Shown: positions 56,595 through 64,000 of the stretch, piece by piece
Numbering within the stretch: position 1 is the first letter of the stretch
Layout of the letters: each line of letters opens with the position of its first letter
Source of the DNA: the human T2T-CHM13v2.0 reference genome, Homo sapiens
Direction: 5' to 3' (one strand)
Length of the DNA: 64,000 nt
NCBI RefSeq assembly: GCF_009914755.1
Contig: NC_060926.1
The notes under the pieces: model-generated
The model's input: the letters and a program-made list of their open reading frames with translations, nothing else
Told to the model about the DNA's origin: nothing
Database searches by the model: none
Program-made: the position numbers and the translations under genes

Positions 56595-59537
56595 TTCTGA
56601 CACAGTTGTTTTGGAGTGCACAGTAGAATGCCCTCATTATATTTTAGTAGAGGTCACTTGCACGAAAAATAGCTCAGAATAAAAAGGGGAAATCAGGAGA
56701 GAAGGCTGGAAGTGGGTGGAGCACTTCCTAGAGATATCTTTGCAGGGACTTTTGAGAGATGAGCAATCAAGAAGACATTGGAGGCAGGGCAGCCATAAGG
56801 AGTGGGCACAAAGATCTCTGTTTGTTCTGAGATCTCACTTAACATGGTGGAAACTTTACTTGAAATGGAGACCCGTAAGTTTCAGAAAGAAAATTATATT
56901 TTTAAGGTATTTGTGTTTTTTTACATTCATGATCTATCTCCCCTTTATTATCCTATAGGTGAAGTTTCGTAGGTTCTACTGTTTCTGCTGAAAGATCGGA
57001 GAACTTTGGATCCACTCTTGGCTCAGAGGCAGATGGTACAGGAAACGTCCCTATACTACGTCTGCCTGGGGTCTGAGTGATAGAAGAGGTGAGCTCAGGG
57101 GTAAGAGATGTTGGGGACAGTTCTATCTATCATCCAACTGCCCATTCCTGCCAGTAGGAAGTGTACCACTTCCACTGGTACACTGAGGGGTATGGAATTT
57201 TATTTTAAGAAGCAAGATAAAAATTCACTATTATAGCCAATCATAGCTATTATTTATCTTTTGTAAGGAATAACAACCCACGATAATAGAAACAAGCAGT
57301 ATCTATTAAGCAATCACACTATGCGGGACACTGCTCCATCCTTCACATATCCCTAACTTCTTAAACACTCCCCTGTATCCCATGTTCCAGATGAGACACT
57401 GGAGGGCAGTGAGCTTAAAGGAATACCCCGAGGCCACACAGCTGGGAAATGAGGGCACCAGGATGGAGCCTCAGAAGTAGGCACCCAGTGCATGGTGAGG
57501 TCGCTGTACAAATAGGCCGTGGGCAGCAGCCCATAAGATTCCTGTAGTTTCTAAACTATGACCTCTCAGGAGGTGCATCCCCACCTCTTTCCATGACCCC
57601 AAGAAATCTCCCTGTTCTTCTGCAGTCTCGTGCCCCATCTCATTTTTCTTGGGTCCACCCTGGCACTTGGATAAACGCCCTGAGTTTTCATACTTGGGCT
57701 CTTTAGAGCTGCAGCTGGCCAAGTCTCAGACAGACTTCGGATCCCTTTTTCTCTTTAGCACACAGACCAGGACTACCTCTGACTGTTCTCACCCATGGCT
57801 GTGACTCCAAGAACATCCACAGCCACACTGCTGAGTTCCTGGCGGCATTACTTAGAGTCTTCTCTGAAATTTTAAGTGCCTACTCACTACCTTACTAGCA
57901 TATAGCCAATGCCTGTAGAAAATCCTTTCTGAGTCAAAATCTCACCATCCTGATACGTTCCAACTTGGCTAAAACCCATCTCAACCAGTACACAGGTAAT
58001 CAATAATACAGTTTGTCTCTCCTGCTCTTGGTTAACAATTGATAGCATGAACTGGGGCCCTGGGGTTCTACGAGGCAGGTTACATGGATCTTCACCTTCC
58101 TGCCTGGAGGTGCCAAACAGCATCAATTCTAGCCCATGCAGAGTCAACCCTCAGGAATTCCAGTCCTCAAGGGGCACATGTGCTATGTATGCATTGTGTG
58201 GCTAAAAGGTCTCAGTGAGCTGGATGCTACATGTTTTCCAGGAACAAACACAGGAAAATTGAAACTTGCATGCCTCCAGAGTCTTTGCTTTGGACTCCAG
58301 AAGCACAGGACAGCAGCTTCCCTATCCTGAGTATCATGTATATCAAAATTCAAGGGCAGACTCTGCAACGAAGTGGAAAGCATGAAGTTTGCTGCCTTTA
58401 GCTCCTTGAGGCAGGCCTTGCGAGTGTGTGCCTATACCCTGACTTATGCCATGGACAGTTAATGGGAAAGGTGTTTTTGGTTTTTCTTCTGTTTTTATTT
58501 TTTTTGTTTTTTGTTTTGTTATGTTTTGTTTTGTTTTGTTTTTGATAGTACCATAGGTAGAGGTGGGTGAGAGTCAGATGAAGAGAGGTCTTGGATCCAG
58601 TTAGATGTGCTGTACAAGGATGCCCCCTGGCAGCAGGGCTCAATTCTGCATTTTGTCCAAGGCAGAGACAAAACTCATTTTTGGTTATTGTCTAGAACCA
58701 GAGGAAAGACCAAAGTAGTTTTACCTGCAGAAGAAAATTCTATCATGACCTTCATGCCTATAATACTTAGGGCAAAAGGACCAGTAATGGGGAAGAAACT
58801 CAATCATAGAAAAAATAAAAGGATATTCCAGAACTTTTTCTCCCACTGGCTTCTCAAGAATAAGTTCATCTTTATGGGCAGTGTTTCTGAGAACCAGAGA
58901 AGCATGATGCCTACGCTAGAGACCAAATGAGGGCAGCATTTAGGGACAAAGCATAACCTTGTCTTGAGGCCACATCAGGAGATGTTAGGTCCTGGTGACA
59001 AGTCACACCCATCTACTGGGACAGGTACCAAGGAAGACATTCTTTAAGGTAGATAAAATACCACAACCTAAGGGTATGGTGGAAGACATTACATGATTGT
59101 CTAGTAAACTCTTGTGTTTCAAAATGTGATCCTTAAACCAGGAGCTTTACAGAACTTGGTCCAAGTGAAGAATCTTGAGCCTTTCCTAGACCTAATGAAA
59201 CACAACCTGCATTTTATTCAGATCCCTGGATAGTCCTCACAAACACCAAAGTTTGAGCTCTACCATTTTAGTCCAGTTGTTCTCAAATGTAACTGCATAT
59301 TAGACTCTCTAGAGGAGCTTTTAAAATGAAACTGACCTTAAACTCCATCTTCCAGGTTTTCTGAACACCCCATACTCTGTGCTGTGGGCCCCTTTTTTGC
59401 TAGAGTCCCTTCCTCTCACTACTTCTTGATCACAAAATTTTGCCATTGGCCCTTTTCCTCATAAATATCCTCACTGTGTGATTCCATCCACCTTTTGGGA
59501 GTTTACAATGACCTATGCCACCATATTCTTCAAATCC

Positions 59538-61761
59538 TTTTTTTTTTTTTAACATTTATTCTAAATTCAAGGGTGCATGAGCTGGATGTGCAGGCTTGTT
59601 ACATGGGTAAACATGTGTCATGGGGATTTGTTGTACAGATTATTTCATCACCCAGGTGTTAAGCCTAGTATCCATTAGATACTATTCCTGATTCTCTCCC
59701 TCCTCCCACTCTTGGCCCTCTGGTAGGGCCAGTGTGTGTTCTTGCCTCCAAAGTGTCCACGTGTTATCATCATTCAGGTCCCACTTATAAGTGAGAACAT
59801 GCAGTATTTAGTTTTCTGCTCCTGTGTTAGTCTGCTGAGGATAATGACCTCGAGCTCCATCCATGTACCTGCAAAGGACATTATCTCATTCTTTTTTGTA
59901 ACTGCATAGTATTTCGTTCTGTTTATGTACCACATTTTCTTTATCCAGTCTATCATTGATGGACATTTAGGTTGGTTCCATGTCTTTGCTATTGTGAATA
60001 GTGCTGCAATGAATGTAAACGTGCATGTGTCTTTATAATAGACTGATTTATATTCCTTTGGGTATATACCAAATAATGGGATTGCTGTGTTGAATGGTAT
60101 TTCTGTCTTTAGGTCTCTGAGAAACAACCACACTTTCTTCCACAGTGGTTGAAATAATTTGTCCTCCCACCAACAGTACAAATGTGTTCCTTTTTCTCCA
60201 CAGCATCACCAGCAGGTTATTTTTTTATTTTAATAATTGCCATTCTGACTGGTGTGATATGATATGGTTTTTATTTGCATTTCTCTAATGATCCGTGATG
60301 TTGAGTTTTTTTGTTTCCATAGGTTTGACTCTTAAAGATGCTGGATATAAGACCTTTGTCAGATGCATAGTTTGCAAAAATTTTCTCCTATTCTGTAGGT
60401 TGTCTGATTACTCTGTTGATAGTTTCTTTTGCTGTGCAGAAGCTTTTTAATTTAATTAGATCCCATTTGCCAATTTTTGCTTTTGTTGCAATTGCTTCTG
60501 GCGTCTTCATTATGAAATATTTGCCTATGCCTATATGCTGAATAGTATTGCCTAGTATGCCTTCCAGGATTTTTATAGTTTTGAGTTTTACATTTAGATC
60601 TTGAATCCATTTTGAGTTGATTTTTGTATATGGTGTAAGGAAGGGGTCCAGTTTCAATTTTCTTCATAGAGCTAGCCAGTTATCCCAGTACCATTTATTT
60701 ATTAAACAGAGAATCCTTTCCCTATTGCTTGTTTTTGTCAGGTTTGTAAAAGATCTGATAGTTGTAGATGTGTGGCCTTATGTCGGGTTCTCTATTCTGT
60801 TCCATTGGTTTATGTTTCTGTTCTTATACCAGTGCCATGTTATTTTGTTTACTGTAGTCTTGTAGTACAGTTTGAAGTCAGGTAGCATGATGCCTCTAGC
60901 TTTGTTCTTTTTGCTTAGGATTTCCTTGGCTATTGGGCTCTTTTTTGGTCCCATATAAATTTTAAAATAGTTTTGTCTAGTTCTGTGAAGAATGTCAATG
61001 GTAGTTTAATGGGACTAGCATTGAATCTATGAATTCCTTTGGGCAGTATGGCCATTTCACAATATTGATTCTTACTATTCGTGAGCATGGCATGTTTTTC
61101 CACTGGTCTGTGTCATCTTTTATTTATTTGAGCAGCGGTTTGTAGTTGTCCTTGTAGAATTTCTTCACTTCCCTTTTTAGCTGTATTCCTAGGTATTTTA
61201 TTCTTTTTGTGACAATTGTGAATATGAGTTTATTTGTGATATGGCTCTCAGCTTGACTGCTTTTGGTGTGCAGGCATGCTAGCACTTTTTGCACATTTAT
61301 TTTATAATCCGATATTTTGCTGAAGTTGCTTATCAGCTTAAGAAGCTTTTGGGCTGAGACAATGGGGTTTTCCAGATATAGGATCATGTCTTCTGCAAAT
61401 AAAGATAATTTGACTCCCTCTTTTCCTATTTGAATACCCTTTATTTCCTTCTCTTGCCTGATTGCCCTGGCCAGAACTTCTAATACTATGTTGAATAGAA
61501 GTGGTGAGAGTGGGCATCCTTGTCTTGTGCTGGTTTTCAAGGGGAATGGTTCTAGCTTTAGCTCATTCAGAACAATATTGGCTATAGGTTTGTCATATAT
61601 AGCTCTTATTATTTTGAGTTTTGTTCTTTCAATATCTAGTTTATTGAGAGTTTTTAACATGAAAAGATGTTGAATTTTGTCAAAGGCCTTTTCTATGTCT
61701 ATTGAGATAATCATGTAGTTTTTGTCTTTAGTTATGTTTATGTGATGAATCACATTTATTG
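59538..61761 (-). mobile_element. Older L1PA, 3' non-inverted part
   Basis: T tail and antisense 3'UTR; RT peptides [19 protein letters not shown] and [12 protein letters not shown] on the minus strand. Confidence 0.95.
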
Positions 61762-62923
<1,162 letters not shown>

Positions 62924-62969
62924 TGATTGTTCCAGCTTCAGTGAACTTTTTGCAGATATTTTAATTACT

Positions 62970-64000
62970 GCCCATTTGAAACAGAACTCATGTGTTACTC
63001 CTCCTACTCAAGCATACACTTCTTCCTGGATATTCTTTCTTCATTTGTGGCACCAATGTCCCTGCAGGCACCAAAACTATCTCACATGTGCATGGCCACC
63101 AGGCCCTTCTGTTATTTCTGTCCTCTCTCCTCAGCTGTTCTTTCTCTCCATTCCCAATGCCATTGACTTAATTCCATGTCTCATCATTATACATCTGGGC
63201 CATTTTCTTAAGTCTTAACTTTTCGGATCTATACACTAGATTCTTATCAAAAAGAGCTTTCCAAAATTTAGATCCAGTGATGTCATTCATCTGCTTCAAA
63301 TTGCCTGAAAGCTCCAAATCTCCTGATTATAAACACCCAAGTAGTTTTTTACGTTTTAGAAAATCCACCATTTTCTGCCCCCAGCCAACACCCCTCCACA
63401 TCACTGATGACCTCAAACTTCACCAGACAGCAGTCCTAAAGCTTGGCAGATCCCCAAACACAGCCTGCGGTTTTAGGCTTCTGTGCATTTCATACACTAT
63501 CCCCATTTCTAGGGATGGCTTGTCTCTTTCTTTGACATCAAACATATTCATACTTTAAATATTGCTAAAACATTACCCTGAACCTCCCTTGCAGAATCAG
63601 CTCCTCAGTTATATGTACAATTTTTTTTCAGTGTATTTTGGGGTCTGAATCACACCTTACCTGTTTAGCTGTCTACATCCTATACTGCTCTGAAAGTTTC
63701 TCATGAACAAGGTCAATGTCTTGTAAGTTCCAGGCTTCTTTCTTGTAGATCCATTTACCACCTTTCCCTGGTAGGAGGAGTACTTACCATGACTTTCTTC
63801 CTCTAGTAGAATCTTCAGTCACACCTGTTCTTCCTTCATGGCTCCTTTTCTCTTGAACAGGTGGTCAGGTTCCATTGATGATCCCACCTCAAAGATCTGA
63901 TGACATTATCTCCTACCTATAGGTTGCAGTAGCATCTGGCATTTGCTAATCTCTGTTCAATTCACTGTCTTCTGTTTAAATATTCAGTTCTTCCATCATC
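62970..64000. mobile_element. Degenerate L2-like sequence
   Basis: Pyrimidine-rich text with L2-like phrases (CTCTCCATTCCCAATGCCATTG; CTGAAAGTTTCTCATGAACAAGG); weak match. Confidence 0.45.

Overview
Human genomic DNA (it carries human-specific L1HS-Ta and AluYa5 insertions) containing the complete + strand SLC5A7 gene (CHT1, high-affinity Na+/choline transporter). The gene has a TATA/CpG-island promoter at ~10.07 kb, a non-coding exon 1, eight GT-AG coding exons (11733-34437) that join into a 1743-nt, 580-aa ORF, and a ~3.1-kb 3'UTR. The rest is intronic or intergenic and rich in repeats (Alu, L1, L2, MIR, MLT1, MER2, MER5, MER33, Tigger3, MADE1, ERVL fragments, a solo LTR12). I found no second protein-coding gene and no new gene system. 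The most notable unexplained structure is at 48.87-51.19 kb: two ~295-bp inverted arms (~96% identical) flank a 1.56-kb segment, next to a 79-bp templated insertion and a perfect 22-bp palindrome. Together they split one old L1 3' end into three pieces, which suggests a derived and possibly polymorphic inversion. The gene also has several candidate unproductive-splicing and regulatory switches: a (UG)n-guarded NMD cryptic exon in intron 7, a stop-containing alternative acceptor at exon 4, a minimal uORF, and a poly(A) signal 10 nt after the stop codon. Repeat subfamily calls are from recalled consensus sequences and alignments were done by eye; no database searches were run.
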